Origin: an uncultured Pelagibacteraceae bacterium
Lineage (GTDB): Bacteria; Pseudomonadota; Alphaproteobacteria; Pelagibacterales; Pelagibacteraceae
Assembly (NCBI GenBank): GCA_902589455.1
Contig: CACISX010000004.1
Location: 6,445-70,444 of the forward strand
Reading direction: 5' to 3'
Length of the DNA stretch: 64,000 nt
In this document: piece after piece, positions 29,660 through 39,976 of the stretch
How the letters are laid out: each line of letters opens with the position of its first letter
Numbering within the stretch: the stretch's first letter is position 1
Notes under the pieces: model-generated
Databases searched by the model: none
What the model was told of the DNA's origin: nothing
What the model saw: the letters and a program-made list of their open reading frames with translations, nothing else
Translations under genes and position numbers: made by a program

Positions 29660-30423
29660 TAATTTTCTACTGTTATATTATTTTTAATTTTAAATTTTTT
29701 CTTAATAAATTTAATTCCTTTAATCCACAATTTAAACGCTTCAAAATGTATCGCAGAGATAATTTTAAATGTCATTAAAGGGTGTTTTAAATAAGAATTC
29801 ATTAAGTTTTTACTTGTCAAATCAGATCTTTCGCCATCTTGAGATGCAAAAAGAATTTTTCCTTCTTGATCATATTGATCAATTACAACTGACAACTTCT
29901 GCTCTGGATTTAATATTCTAAAAAAATAATTACAATTCATTTCAATAAATGGAGAAACATGAAATTTCTTAGAGCAATTATTTTGAATTAATTTATTTTG
30001 TCCTTCCACTTTAAAAACATATGTGTGTTGCTCACCAAATGTATTTTTAACCTCATATAATATAGAAATTAAATTATCATTTTTATCGTAAACAAAAAAA
30101 ATACTTAGTGGATTAAAAACATAACCAAATATTCTTGGATAGCATAAAAGTTTAACTTTTATGTTTTCTGTACTGATTTCGTTATTAATTAGATTTTTTT
30201 TTACCCACTCAAAAAGAGGTAAGCCATCACGATCACCATGATCTTTCTCATAAAAACTAATTAGATTAAATTTATTTAAAGAAAAAAATTTTAGTTTTTT
30301 ATTAAGCTCACTAAGTTCTGACAGGTCAATAAATAGTGAAAATACTTTATATTTAAAAAAATGTTTTTTTGGTTTGAATCTCTTATGGATTACATTTCCA
30401 TTATATATACAAGAACTAATCAT
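29659..30423 (-). CDS. DUF1365 family protein
   Basis: H.RF.P..H.F.Y, PRIFGYVFNPLS, EVKNTFGEQH, KKFHVSPF, IHFEA.KLW.KG. Confidence 0.88.
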   Translation of the reverse strand: MISSCIYNGNVIHKRFKPKKHFFKYKVFSLFIDLSELSELNKKLKFFSLNKFNLISFYEKDHGDRDGLPLFEWVKKNLINNEISTENIKVKLLCYPRIFGYVFNPLSIFFVYDKNDNLISILYEVKNTFGEQHTYVFKVEGQNKLIQNNCSKKFHVSPFIEMNCNYFFRILNPEQKLSVVIDQYDQEGKILFASQDGERSDLTSKNLMNSYLKHPLMTFKIISAIHFEAFKLWIKGIKFIKKKFKIKNNITVEN

Positions 30424-31654
30424 TAAGGTTTTGCAGCATTTCGATAGATGATTTTATTCCATCTTCATGAAATCCGTAACCAAAATAACTGCCACAAAAA
30501 AGTAAATCTTTTTGGTTTTGTAATTTAACAAGCTCTGATTGAGCATCTAATGCTTTTTGATCATAATAAGGATGTGTAAATTTTACTTTCCTCAATATTT
30601 TTTTCTCATCAATATTGAAGTAGGGATTTAATGTTAAGAAAATATTTTCATCACATTTTAAGTTTTGTAATAAATTTAACCAGTATGTAATTGAATTTTT
30701 CTCTAAATTCTTATCATCTATTGATGAATTCCAAGAAGACCAAGCTTTTTTATTTTTTGGCATAGACTGCTGATCTGTATGTATATAAGCTATATTTTCT
30801 TTGTAGCTAAAATTAGAAAGAATATTTTTCTCATCATCAGTTGGATTTTCAATTAACTTTAAAGCTTCATCAGCATGTGTTGCCAAAACTACTTTGTTAT
30901 AATCGAAGAATTCACTTTCTCCACCATAATACAAATCTAATCCTGATGATTTCCTTTTTATTTTTGTAACTTTATAGTTTTTATAATGTTCACCACTTAT
31001 TTGGGAAAGTATTTTACTCACATAAGATCTGCTTCTATTTGTTACTGTGTACCACTGTGGTCTATTTTTTAATTTAAACAAACCATGATTTTGGAAGAAT
31101 CTAAGAAAGAAACTAATTGGCATCTTACTAGCTTCATAAGGAGGCATAGACCAAATTGCAGATACCATTGGTATTATATGATAATCGATAAAAGTTTTAG
31201 ATAACTTATTGATTTTTAAATATTCACCTAAAGTTATTTTATCATTGGATGTGGTTACTTGATCACTTTTTTTATAGAATTTAATTATGTCAAAAAACAT
31301 TTTTAAGAAATCAATGTTGAATAGATTTGATTTATTAGAGAAAATACCACTCAACCCTTTTCCACAATATTCAAAGTTTGTATTATCTACTGAAACTGAA
31401 AATGACATATTGCTTTTTTCAATTTGAATATCATTTTCCTTAAAAAAATTAATTAAATTTGGATAAGTTTGAAAATTAAAAACAATGAAACCAATATCTA
31501 CAGAAACTTTTTTTTCATCAAAAAAAATATCTATTGTATGTGAGTGTCCACCAAAATGATCTTCTCGCTCGAAAAGATCTACGTGATGTTTTTTAGATAA
31601 ATAATAAGCAGCACTTAATCCGGAAATACCTGACCCAACAACAGCAATCTTCAT
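30416..31654 (-). CDS. FAD-dependent oxidoreductase (COG2907-type, fatty-acid modification associated)
   Basis: GSGISGL, GGHSHT, VDIGFIVFN..TYPN, AIWS, FFQNHGL, GYGFHEDG. Confidence 0.88.
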   Translation of the reverse strand: MKIAVVGSGISGLSAAYYLSKKHHVDLFEREDHFGGHSHTIDIFFDEKKVSVDIGFIVFNFQTYPNLINFFKENDIQIEKSNMSFSVSVDNTNFEYCGKGLSGIFSNKSNLFNIDFLKMFFDIIKFYKKSDQVTTSNDKITLGEYLKINKLSKTFIDYHIIPMVSAIWSMPPYEASKMPISFFLRFFQNHGLFKLKNRPQWYTVTNRSRSYVSKILSQISGEHYKNYKVTKIKRKSSGLDLYYGGESEFFDYNKVVLATHADEALKLIENPTDDEKNILSNFSYKENIAYIHTDQQSMPKNKKAWSSWNSSIDDKNLEKNSITYWLNLLQNLKCDENIFLTLNPYFNIDEKKILRKVKFTHPYYDQKALDAQSELVKLQNQKDLLFCGSYFGYGFHEDGIKSSIEMLQNLND

Positions 31655-31660
31655 TAATTA

Positions 31661-34531
31661 TTATGCTGCATCTTCTTTAAACTCATCCATACTTGGACAA
31701 GTACAAAAAATATTTTTATCTCCGTATACATTGTCAACTCTTGCAACTGGAGGCCAAAATTTATTTGCTTTTAAGAATTTTGCTGGGTACGCAGCTTGCT
31801 CTCTTGAATATTTATGACTCCATTCATCTGAGGCTAATTCAATATCAGTATGAGGTGCATTTTTAATTGGATTATCAACTTTATCAAATTTTCCAGACTT
31901 GATCATATCTATTTCTGATTTAATGCTGATCAAAGTATCACAAAATCTATCAAGTTCAGATAAGCTCTCACTTTCAGTTGGTTCAATCATCATTGTACCT
32001 GCTACTGGCCATGACATTGTTGGTGCATGAAAACCATAATCAATCAATCTTTTGGCTATATCTTCTTCAGTAATGCCTGTTTCGCTTTTAATAGTTCGTA
32101 TATCGATTATACATTCATGAGCTACATTTCCATTTGAGCCTTTATATAAAATTGGATAATGATCTTTAAGTCTATTAGCAATATAATTTGCATTTAATAT
32201 TGCAACTTGAGTAGCTATTTTTAAACCTTCAGAGCCCATCATTTTAATATACATCCATGAAATTGATAAAATACTTGAGCTTCCCCAAGGTGCAGCTGAA
32301 ACTGCTCCTATTCCTGTTGCAGGTCCACAGTCTTTAACAACTGGATGATTAGGTAGATAAACTTGTAAATGTCTTTTGCATGCAATTGGTCCCATTCCAG
32401 GTCCTCCTCCACCATGTGGAATACAGAATGTTTTGTGCAAGTTTATATGACATACATCTGGACCAAAATTTCCAGGTCTAGCTATACCAACAAGTGCATT
32501 TAAATTTGCACCATCCATATAAACTTGACCTCCATGTTTATGAATTAACTCACATATATCTGTAATTTTTTCCTCAAATACACCATGTGTAGACGGATAA
32601 GTGACCATTAATGCTCCAAGATTTTCAGAATGCATTTCTGCTTTTTTCTTTAAATCCTCGAAATCAACATTTCCTTCTTTGTCACAATCAACAACTACAA
32701 CTTTCATTCCAACCATTTGTGCACTAGCAGGATTAGTTCCATGTGCTGAGCTTGGTATTAAACATATATTCCTGTTTTCTTCACCTCTATCTAAATGATA
32801 CTTTCTAATAACCATTAATCCTGCGTACTCCCCTTGAGCGCCCGCATTTGGTTGAAGTGAAACACCAGAAAAACCAGTAATTGATCTAAGCCAATTTTTA
32901 AGATCAGTGAATAAAGCTCTATATCCCTCCATCTGCTCAATAGGCACAAATGGATGAGGCTCTGCTAATTCTCTCCATGAAATAGGTATCATTTCTGCAG
33001 TAGCATTTAATTTCATAGTACATGAACCAAGTGCAATCATAGTTCTATTAAGAGCTATATCTTTATCTTCTAATTTTTTTAAATATCTAAGCATCTCAGT
33101 TTCCGAATGATATGAATTAAATACAGGGTGTTCTAAATATTTTGAAGTTCGTAATAAGTTTTTTGGTAAATTGGGTAAGCTTACTGTTGGATCCTCTTTT
33201 TTAATTGATTCTGCTGCATTAAAAATTTTTAGTAGTTGATTTGCTCTATAAACATTTTTCTTTTCGTCAAAAGATACTGCTAGCATTTCAGAATTAACTT
33301 TTCTGATATTCACTTTTTGATCTAAAGCATTATTATAAATTTGATCAGTTTTATCCTTAGTAATAATTGTAACTGTATCAAAGAAATGATCTGAATAAAT
33401 CTCATATCCTGATTGTTTTAGTTTGTCTGCAAAGTTTTTTGCTAATTGTGAAACTCTTTCAGCAATAGTTCGGATGCCCTCTGGGCCGTGATAAATAGCA
33501 TAAGCTGCTGACACTATTGCTAATAAAGCTTGTGCAGTACAAATATTACTTGTAGCTTTATCTCTTCTTATGTGTTGTTCCCTAGTTTGTAATGATAATC
33601 TATATGCTTTGTTTCCATGTCTATCAACTGATACCCCCACAATTCTTCCTGGCATAGATCTTTTGTATTCATCTTTGGTTGCAAAGAAAGCTGCATGAGG
33701 TCCACCGTAACCCATTGGAATTCCAAATCTTTGAGAACTTCCTACAGCAATATCTGCTCCTAATTCTCTTGGTGTTTTTAACTTAGCAAGTGCTAATAAA
33801 TCACAAGCTAATATTGCTTTTCCATTCTTTTTATGGATTTTACTAATAGACTCACTTGGATCTTTAATATCTCCTAAAGTACCAGGATATTGGAGAATTC
33901 CACAAACTAAGTCCTCTTTTAATTGATCTAATACTTTATCTTCATCACCAACAAGCACTTTTAATCCCATTGGTTCTGCTCTTGTTTGAATTACATCAAC
34001 TGTTTGTGGATGACAATTTTGTGAAACAAAAACTAAATTACTATCTTTTTTGTTTAATCTATGACTCAAACCCATAGCTTCTGCAGCTGCTGTTCCTTCA
34101 TCTAATAAAGATGCATTTGCGATATCCATTCCTGTGAAATCAACTATCATTTGTTGGAAATTAAGTAACATTTCCAATCTTCCTTGAGCTACCTCGGGTT
34201 GATAAGGTGTATAAGATGTGTACCAACCTGGATTTTCTAAAATATTTCTTAGAATTACGTATGGTGTGTAAGTACCATAATAACCCATCCCAATAAAGTT
34301 AGAGTAAATTTGATTTTTTTTTGAAATTGCTTTTAATTTTCTTAATGCTTCATATTCTGAATTAGAATCACCAATATTTAATTCGTCTTTTAATTGGATT
34401 TTTTCTGGAACTGTACTTTTAATTAAATCATCTAGTGATTTATAATTAAGTTCCTTAAGCATTTTATTTTGATCTTGATCTGAGGGTCCAATATGCCTTT
34501 TTAAAAAATCTTTTTGAGAATTATGTAACAT
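31661..34531 (-). CDS. gcvP: Glycine dehydrogenase (decarboxylating), P protein
   Basis: YTPYQPEVAQGRLE, TSNICTAQALLA, LGSCTMKLN, HINLHKTFCIPHGGGGPG. Confidence 0.97.
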   Translation of the reverse strand: MLHNSQKDFLKRHIGPSDQDQNKMLKELNYKSLDDLIKSTVPEKIQLKDELNIGDSNSEYEALRKLKAISKKNQIYSNFIGMGYYGTYTPYVILRNILENPGWYTSYTPYQPEVAQGRLEMLLNFQQMIVDFTGMDIANASLLDEGTAAAEAMGLSHRLNKKDSNLVFVSQNCHPQTVDVIQTRAEPMGLKVLVGDEDKVLDQLKEDLVCGILQYPGTLGDIKDPSESISKIHKKNGKAILACDLLALAKLKTPRELGADIAVGSSQRFGIPMGYGGPHAAFFATKDEYKRSMPGRIVGVSVDRHGNKAYRLSLQTREQHIRRDKATSNICTAQALLAIVSAAYAIYHGPEGIRTIAERVSQLAKNFADKLKQSGYEIYSDHFFDTVTIITKDKTDQIYNNALDQKVNIRKVNSEMLAVSFDEKKNVYRANQLLKIFNAAESIKKEDPTVSLPNLPKNLLRTSKYLEHPVFNSYHSETEMLRYLKKLEDKDIALNRTMIALGSCTMKLNATAEMIPISWRELAEPHPFVPIEQMEGYRALFTDLKNWLRSITGFSGVSLQPNAGAQGEYAGLMVIRKYHLDRGEENRNICLIPSSAHGTNPASAQMVGMKVVVVDCDKEGNVDFEDLKKKAEMHSENLGALMVTYPSTHGVFEEKITDICELIHKHGGQVYMDGANLNALVGIARPGNFGPDVCHINLHKTFCIPHGGGGPGMGPIACKRHLQVYLPNHPVVKDCGPATGIGAVSAAPWGSSSILSISWMYIKMMGSEGLKIATQVAILNANYIANRLKDHYPILYKGSNGNVAHECIIDIRTIKSETGITEEDIAKRLIDYGFHAPTMSWPVAGTMMIEPTESESLSELDRFCDTLISIKSEIDMIKSGKFDKVDNPIKNAPHTDIELASDEWSHKYSREQAAYPAKFLKANKFWPPVARVDNVYGDKNIFCTCPSMDEFKEDAA

Positions 34532-34911
34532 TAGCTAGCACTCTCCTTTACAAATTTATCGTATTCTTCTTTGCTCATAAGACTATCCATTTCGGATTGA
34601 TCTTTCATTTTAAGTTTAAAAAACCATGCTGAACCCTCTGGATCTTCATTAATTTTAGAAGGATCATCGACTATTGCTTGATTAGTGTCTACCACCTCAC
34701 CACTAACTGGAGTATAAACATCGCTAGCAGCTTTTGTAGACTCTACCACTCCTGCAGTACCATCTTTTTCAACATTGGATCCTTTTTCAGGAAGTTCTGT
34801 AAAAACTATATCACCAAGCATTTCTGTTGCATGTTTTGTAATTCCTATTGTGGCTACATCTCCTTCTAAAGTAATCCACTCATGTTCTTTAGAAAATTTT
34901 ACTTCACTCAT
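34531..34911 (-). CDS. gcvH: Glycine cleavage system H protein
   Basis: [21 protein letters not shown] lipoyl-Lys motif. Confidence 0.96.
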   Translation of the reverse strand: MSEVKFSKEHEWITLEGDVATIGITKHATEMLGDIVFTELPEKGSNVEKDGTAGVVESTKAASDVYTPVSGEVVDTNQAIVDDPSKINEDPEGSAWFFKLKMKDQSEMDSLMSKEEYDKFVKESAS

Positions 34912-36014
34912 TAATTTACTCCTTTCACATAATTTTTTTTATAAAATGGTAATGCACAAACATTTGCTGGATGTTTTTTTCCTCTTACCTCAAGCAAAAT
35001 TTTAGTATCGACTTTTGAAAACTCTTTATCAACATAACCCATCGCTATTGGTCCGTTTACACTTGGTCCAAACGTTCCACTAGTTATCTCACCAATTTGA
35101 TTTTCTGTATCATCAAATATTTTAGTTTTTTCTCTTGCAATCAATCTTCCCTCAGGCTTAATCCCTACTCTTACTTGGCTTGCTCCATCTTGCATTTGGT
35201 TCATAATTTTTTTTGATCCAATAAAACCTCCATTTGATAATCTTGATTTTGAGATTGCCCATCTAAGGTTTGCCTCAACTGGTGTTTTATTAATATCTAA
35301 TTCGTGACCATATAAACACAATCCAGCTTCCAATCTCAAGGTATCTCTTGCCCCAAGTCCTATAAGTTGTGCTCCCTTTTCTATTAAATTTTCTACAAAT
35401 TTTTCAGCTTTGTTGTTAGAAATTGAAATTTCAAATCCATCTTCCCCTGTATAACCTGATCTTGTGATAAATAATTTTTGATTATCAGAATCGAACCAAT
35501 TTCCTGTCATAAAATTTAGTTGATCAACCCCATTTATAATTGAGTTTAAAATTTTAGCAGACTTAGGTCCTTGAATTGCTATCAAAGATCTACTGTTGTC
35601 TAAATTCATTTTAAATTTTGTACCTAATAGATTGGATAAAATCTCAAAATCTTTATTTTTGCATGCAGCATTTAAAATAATTAAATAACCTTGATCAATT
35701 TTGGTAATGATTAAATCATCATAAATCCCAGCATCTTTATTCATTAAAAAACTATACTTAGAGCAGTTCTGTTTTAGATTTTTTAAATCTAAAGGAAAAA
35801 TTTTTTCTAACTCATCTGTTAGACTTTCATCACCATATATGAATAATTGGCCCATATGAGATACATCAAATATTCCAGAGTGAGATCTTGTGAATTTATG
35901 TTCTTCAATAATACCCTTGCTATACTGTATAGGCATTTCATAACCAGCAAATTCAACAAACTTAGCGTTATTACTTTGATGAAGTTTATTTAGTGATGTT
36001 TTTTTTATTTCCAT
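34911..36014 (-). CDS. gcvT: Glycine cleavage system aminomethyltransferase T
   Basis: [48 protein letters not shown]. Confidence 0.96.
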   Translation of the reverse strand: MEIKKTSLNKLHQSNNAKFVEFAGYEMPIQYSKGIIEEHKFTRSHSGIFDVSHMGQLFIYGDESLTDELEKIFPLDLKNLKQNCSKYSFLMNKDAGIYDDLIITKIDQGYLIILNAACKNKDFEILSNLLGTKFKMNLDNSRSLIAIQGPKSAKILNSIINGVDQLNFMTGNWFDSDNQKLFITRSGYTGEDGFEISISNNKAEKFVENLIEKGAQLIGLGARDTLRLEAGLCLYGHELDINKTPVEANLRWAISKSRLSNGGFIGSKKIMNQMQDGASQVRVGIKPEGRLIAREKTKIFDDTENQIGEITSGTFGPSVNGPIAMGYVDKEFSKVDTKILLEVRGKKHPANVCALPFYKKNYVKGVN

Positions 36015-36029
36015 ATTAACTCTTCTTTG

Positions 36030-36170
36030 CCCCCTCTGTCTTGGTGCCTGAGAGATTTGCTCCTTCGGCGAGAATAATTCTCTTTCCAGAGTTAATATGT
36101 ACGGTCCTTTTGCCTGAGAGTTTCCGGGGTGGTTGCTCCTTCGGCGCTACAAAAGTAGTCTCTCCCGTAT
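36030..36170 (-). ncRNA. Tandem glycine riboswitch (two aptamers) upstream of gcvTHP
   Basis: Minus strand reads GGAGAGA...GCCGAAGGAGCAA...AAACTCTCAGGCAAAAGGAC and CTCTGGAAAGAG...CGCCGAAGGAGCAAATCTCTCAGGCACCAAGACAGAGG, the canonical glycine aptamer motifs; GC-rich patch in an AT-rich genome. Confidence 0.95.
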
Positions 36171-36207
36171 AAAAGTTTATAACACATTTAGAATTTTAAT
36201 GTAAAAT

Positions 36208-37080
36208 TTATTTAGCTATCTTTTTTATAAGTAATGGAGATAAAAATTGTATAACTACTGCTGTTATAACAACAGCTCCTCCAAAAAGCACTGTAAGTGG
36301 TGGGTTTTCGTTTGCAAATATCCATGCCCACAAAGGTCCTAACACAGCTTCAGTTAACATAATTATTCCAACAAATGCCGAAGGAGTTGATCTTGCTCCA
36401 ATTGTTATAAGTATAAAGCCAAGTCCAACTTGAAAAAATCCTGCAATAAAACCTAAAAAAATGTCATTTGTTGAGACAAAAATATTTGGTGACATTAATA
36501 AGCCTATTAATGTTGCAAAAATTCCAGCAACGAGTTGTAAAGGTATCATATCAACTTCAGGATATTTTCTAACAATTAGTATTAAAATCGCAAAAGATAT
36601 TGGCATAATGAATGCAACTAAATTTCCAGTCATTTGACCAGGTGTTAGTGAACTTCCTAACATTAAAATAATACCAACAACTGCTGTAATAATACAAGTT
36701 AATGTAATTTTAGAAATTTTTTCTTTTAAAAATACATAACCAAAAATTGCTAAAAACAAAGCTTGTGTTTGTATTATAAAGTTTGCGTTCGCAACTGTTG
36801 TTTCGTACATAGCAAATACGTAGCTAGCAAATCCAATAGATAAAATTATACCTCCTATTAAACCTGGGACTCCAGATTTATAAAGAGCACTAAAAATATT
36901 TCCTTTATAAGTGATTATTAAAAATATTGTAATCACTCCAATAAAAAAAAGCGATCTCCAAAATAATATTTGCCAAAGTGTAGATCCTTCAAAAGATTTT
37001 ACTATTAAACCACCAAAACTTAGTGCACATGCTCCCAAAAAAACTAAAAAAGGTCCTGGTATCTTTGTTAAAAAATTCAT
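36208..37080 (-). CDS. DMT/EamA family membrane transporter
   Basis: About 10 TM; WQILFWRS, FLKEKIS, LTEAVLGPLWAW..ANENP. Confidence 0.85.
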   Translation of the reverse strand: MNFLTKIPGPFLVFLGACALSFGGLIVKSFEGSTLWQILFWRSLFFIGVITIFLIITYKGNIFSALYKSGVPGLIGGIILSIGFASYVFAMYETTVANANFIIQTQALFLAIFGYVFLKEKISKITLTCIITAVVGIILMLGSSLTPGQMTGNLVAFIMPISFAILILIVRKYPEVDMIPLQLVAGIFATLIGLLMSPNIFVSTNDIFLGFIAGFFQVGLGFILITIGARSTPSAFVGIIMLTEAVLGPLWAWIFANENPPLTVLFGGAVVITAVVIQFLSPLLIKKIAK

Positions 37081-38024
37081 TAAATTTGTGATAGCAAATT
37101 TTGAGTTTCCATTTCATATAACTTAAAAAGTGTTTCTGCATCAGATAAATTAATCTCTTTAAATTTTATTTTTGATCCTGATGATAACTGGACAAGCTTG
37201 TCATAATCTGCACTTATAACAGTTCCTATTTTTGGATATCCACCAATTGAGCCATGATCGGAAAGCATGATAATAGGATTGCCATCAGGTGGTACTTGAA
37301 TTACACCCTTTATCAGACCCTCAGACTTAATATTTGTATCAACTATATTTTCAATCTTTGGTCCTTCCAATCTCATTCCCATTCTGTCAGATAATTTAGA
37401 AACAGTAAAATCTTTTCCAAAAAATGTTTTTTTTCCTTCTTCTGAAAAATAATCAAAGTTTGTACCTTTGATGACTCTTATATTTTCAATTTTCGTATTT
37501 ATATACTCAATTTTTTTTTTATTAAGATCAGAAAATATTTTTGAAATAAATATTTTTTGATTTTTTTCAAATTTATTTCCATTATTAGGACCAATTTTTG
37601 CTTTTGTATTTATAGAATAACTATTCCATTTAGATTCGAGTTTAAACTCACCACTTATATTAAAATATCCATATATAGATTTATTTGTTGATAAAATATC
37701 AACCTCATCATTATTTTTTAATTTATACACTTCATAACAATTTCCATCTATTTCTTTACCTTTTGATCTGATTATGAAGCTGACATCACCTGTTATAACA
37801 AAATTAATTTCATTACCTGTATATTTTAACAAAGGGCCTTGATAAGCAAATTCAACTACAGGCGCATTAAGATTATTGCCAACTAATTTATTTGCAATTA
37901 AATAATTTCGCTTATCCATTGCTCCACTAAAAGTAATTCCAATATGATAAAGGTTTTTTCGACCTTCATCTTGAAAGGTAGTGTTAATACCAGGTCTAAT
38001 TAATTCAAAATAATTTTTATTCAT
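37080..38024 (-). CDS. pxpC: 5-oxoprolinase subunit C (carboxyltransferase/allophanate hydrolase subunit 2 family)
   Basis: TFQDEGR, SGAMD, AN.LVGN, SDRMG.RL, G.IQVPPDG.PI, GGYPKIG. Confidence 0.85.
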   Translation of the reverse strand: MNKNYFELIRPGINTTFQDEGRKNLYHIGITFSGAMDKRNYLIANKLVGNNLNAPVVEFAYQGPLLKYTGNEINFVITGDVSFIIRSKGKEIDGNCYEVYKLKNNDEVDILSTNKSIYGYFNISGEFKLESKWNSYSINTKAKIGPNNGNKFEKNQKIFISKIFSDLNKKKIEYINTKIENIRVIKGTNFDYFSEEGKKTFFGKDFTVSKLSDRMGMRLEGPKIENIVDTNIKSEGLIKGVIQVPPDGNPIIMLSDHGSIGGYPKIGTVISADYDKLVQLSSGSKIKFKEINLSDAETLFKLYEMETQNLLSQI

Positions 38025-38691
38025 TAAAACTTTTATATTCTTCTATTGTTATTTGCTTAAAAGTAATTATGTCGCCAGGATTAATTAAGTTTGGTTCAAT
38101 TTCCTTAGTGTTATCAAAAATTTTTAATGGGGTGTTACCTATTATATTCCAACCTCCAGGACTTTCAAAAGTGTAAATATTAGCAAATTGTTCTGTTATA
38201 GCCACAGCGCCTTTAGGCACTTTTACTCTTGGTGTATCTAAACGTTTAACTCTAATTTCTTGATCTAAATCTCCTACAAATGGCATTCCAGCAATAAATC
38301 CTGTCATGTAACAAAAATATTTTTTATTAAAGAATTTTTCTAAAATTTTATCCTCTGACAAACCTGATTTTTCTTTTAATCTTTTGATATCTAAAGAAAA
38401 TTTATCTTCACAACAAACTGGTATGTTAATCTGATTACTAGGATTTTCTTTAACATTTTTTATATCTATTCTTTCGATGAGTTTTTTTAAATTAGAGTAG
38501 TTTGTTTTGTTCAGGTCAAAAGATATGATCAATTTATTATAAGAAGGCGTGATATTTGTTATTTCTGGAATATTTTTTTCTTTAATATTTTTAAAATATT
38601 TAATTACATTGGTGTTTATCTCTATATTTACTTCTTTGCCAAAATCGCAATAAAGTGCTGCGTCACCAAGATTTGATATATTTTTTATCAT
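38017..38691 (-). CDS. pxpB: 5-oxoprolinase subunit B (allophanate hydrolase subunit 1 family)
   Basis: LGDAAL, PSYN, GF..G.P..G, PR.KVPKGAV, SPGGWNIIG.T. Confidence 0.85.
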   Translation of the reverse strand: MIKNISNLGDAALYCDFGKEVNIEINTNVIKYFKNIKEKNIPEITNITPSYNKLIISFDLNKTNYSNLKKLIERIDIKNVKENPSNQINIPVCCEDKFSLDIKRLKEKSGLSEDKILEKFFNKKYFCYMTGFIAGMPFVGDLDQEIRVKRLDTPRVKVPKGAVAITEQFANIYTFESPGGWNIIGNTPLKIFDNTKEIEPNLINPGDIITFKQITIEEYKSFNE

Positions 38692-38718
38692 GCAATGTTA
38701 TACTCAACATTAAAGACT

Positions 38719-39498
38719 ATGGAAATTAATATAAATTGTGATTTAGGAGAAAAATCAAAACATCATTCAAATAAACATGATCCAGATCTGCTAAAAATAG
38801 TTAATTCAGCAAATATTGCTTGTGGATATCATGCTGGAGATGTTGCCACCATGCATGATGTAGTTCAAATTTCAAAAAAAAATGGTGTAAGTATAGGTGC
38901 CCATCCTTCATTTAATGATCCTGAAAATTTTGGAAGAGAAAGAATGAATTTATCAAACTCAGAAATTAAAAAATTGATTTATGATCAATATAATATATTG
39001 CAAAATATTTCTAATCAGCATGGAGAAAACGTAACTCATATTAAGCCTCATGGGGCTCTAAATAACATGGCATGTGAGGATATTGAATTAGCCACAACGC
39101 TGGCTAGTGCAATCAATGATATTAGTAAAGATTTAATATATTTGGTTCCTACAGGCTCTAAAATGGAAGAAGCTGCTAAAAAATTAAATATGAGGATAGC
39201 CTGTGAAATTTTTGCCGACAGGAATTATGAAGATGATGGGAACTTGGTATCAAGGAAAAAATCACATGCTCTAATAACTGACCCAGATGAGGCAAAAAAA
39301 CACGTATTAAGTATGGTTAAAAATCAGTCACTAAATTGTCACAGTGGGAAGCAGATACCTTGTGAAATAGACTCTGTATGCATACATGGAGATAACGAAA
39401 GTTCGTTATCTACAGCAAAATTTATAAAAGAGAATCTGATAGAGAATGGATTGGAATTAAAATCTTTGAATAAAATGGAGAAATTTAAAAATGATTAA
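38719..39498 (+). CDS. pxpA: 5-oxoprolinase subunit A (LamB/YcsF family)
   Basis: NCDLGE, SANIACG.HAGD, GAHPS..D..NFGR, HIKPHGAL, CIHGD. Start ATG 38719 preferred over 38695. Confidence 0.9.
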   Translation: MEININCDLGEKSKHHSNKHDPDLLKIVNSANIACGYHAGDVATMHDVVQISKKNGVSIGAHPSFNDPENFGRERMNLSNSEIKKLIYDQYNILQNISNQHGENVTHIKPHGALNNMACEDIELATTLASAINDISKDLIYLVPTGSKMEEAAKKLNMRIACEIFADRNYEDDGNLVSRKKSHALITDPDEAKKHVLSMVKNQSLNCHSGKQIPCEIDSVCIHGDNESSLSTAKFIKENLIENGLELKSLNKMEKFKND

Positions 39499-39976
39499 AA
39501 AAATATTTGTTATTTTGCTTTTTACACTATTTTCAACAAATTCTTTTTCTGCAGGATCAGACTCTACTTCTGCAAAAGTTAAATCTAATTATGATAAAGC
39601 GGTACAATCAATAAAGTTTGCAAAAAAATATGAAGCAAAAGGAAAAATTGAAAAAGCAAAAAAAAGATATGCAAAGGCTCAAAAACTTCTTTTAAAATCT
39701 AATAAAGAAAAACCACTTCAAGCAGATACTTTAAATTATCTTGGTTTCACTACAAGAAAACTAGGCGATTATGAAAATGGTGAAAAATATTATCTTCTAG
39801 GTTTAGAAATTGACCCCAAACATAAAGGTATTAATGAATATCTTGGAGAACTCTATGTTGCTACTAATAGAATTAATCTTGCAAAAGAAAGATTAGAAGT
39901 TTTAGCTAGCTGTAACTGTGATGAATATGTACAATTAAAAGAAATATTAGACGGCACAAGAAAATCAAAATATTAA
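39491..39976 (+). CDS. Secreted tetratricopeptide-repeat protein
   Basis: Signal peptide; ADTLNYLGF..RKLG.Y..GEKYY...LEIDPKH.G.NEYLGELY. Confidence 0.8.
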   Translation: MIKKIFVILLFTLFSTNSFSAGSDSTSAKVKSNYDKAVQSIKFAKKYEAKGKIEKAKKRYAKAQKLLLKSNKEKPLQADTLNYLGFTTRKLGDYENGEKYYLLGLEIDPKHKGINEYLGELYVATNRINLAKERLEVLASCNCDEYVQLKEILDGTRKSKY

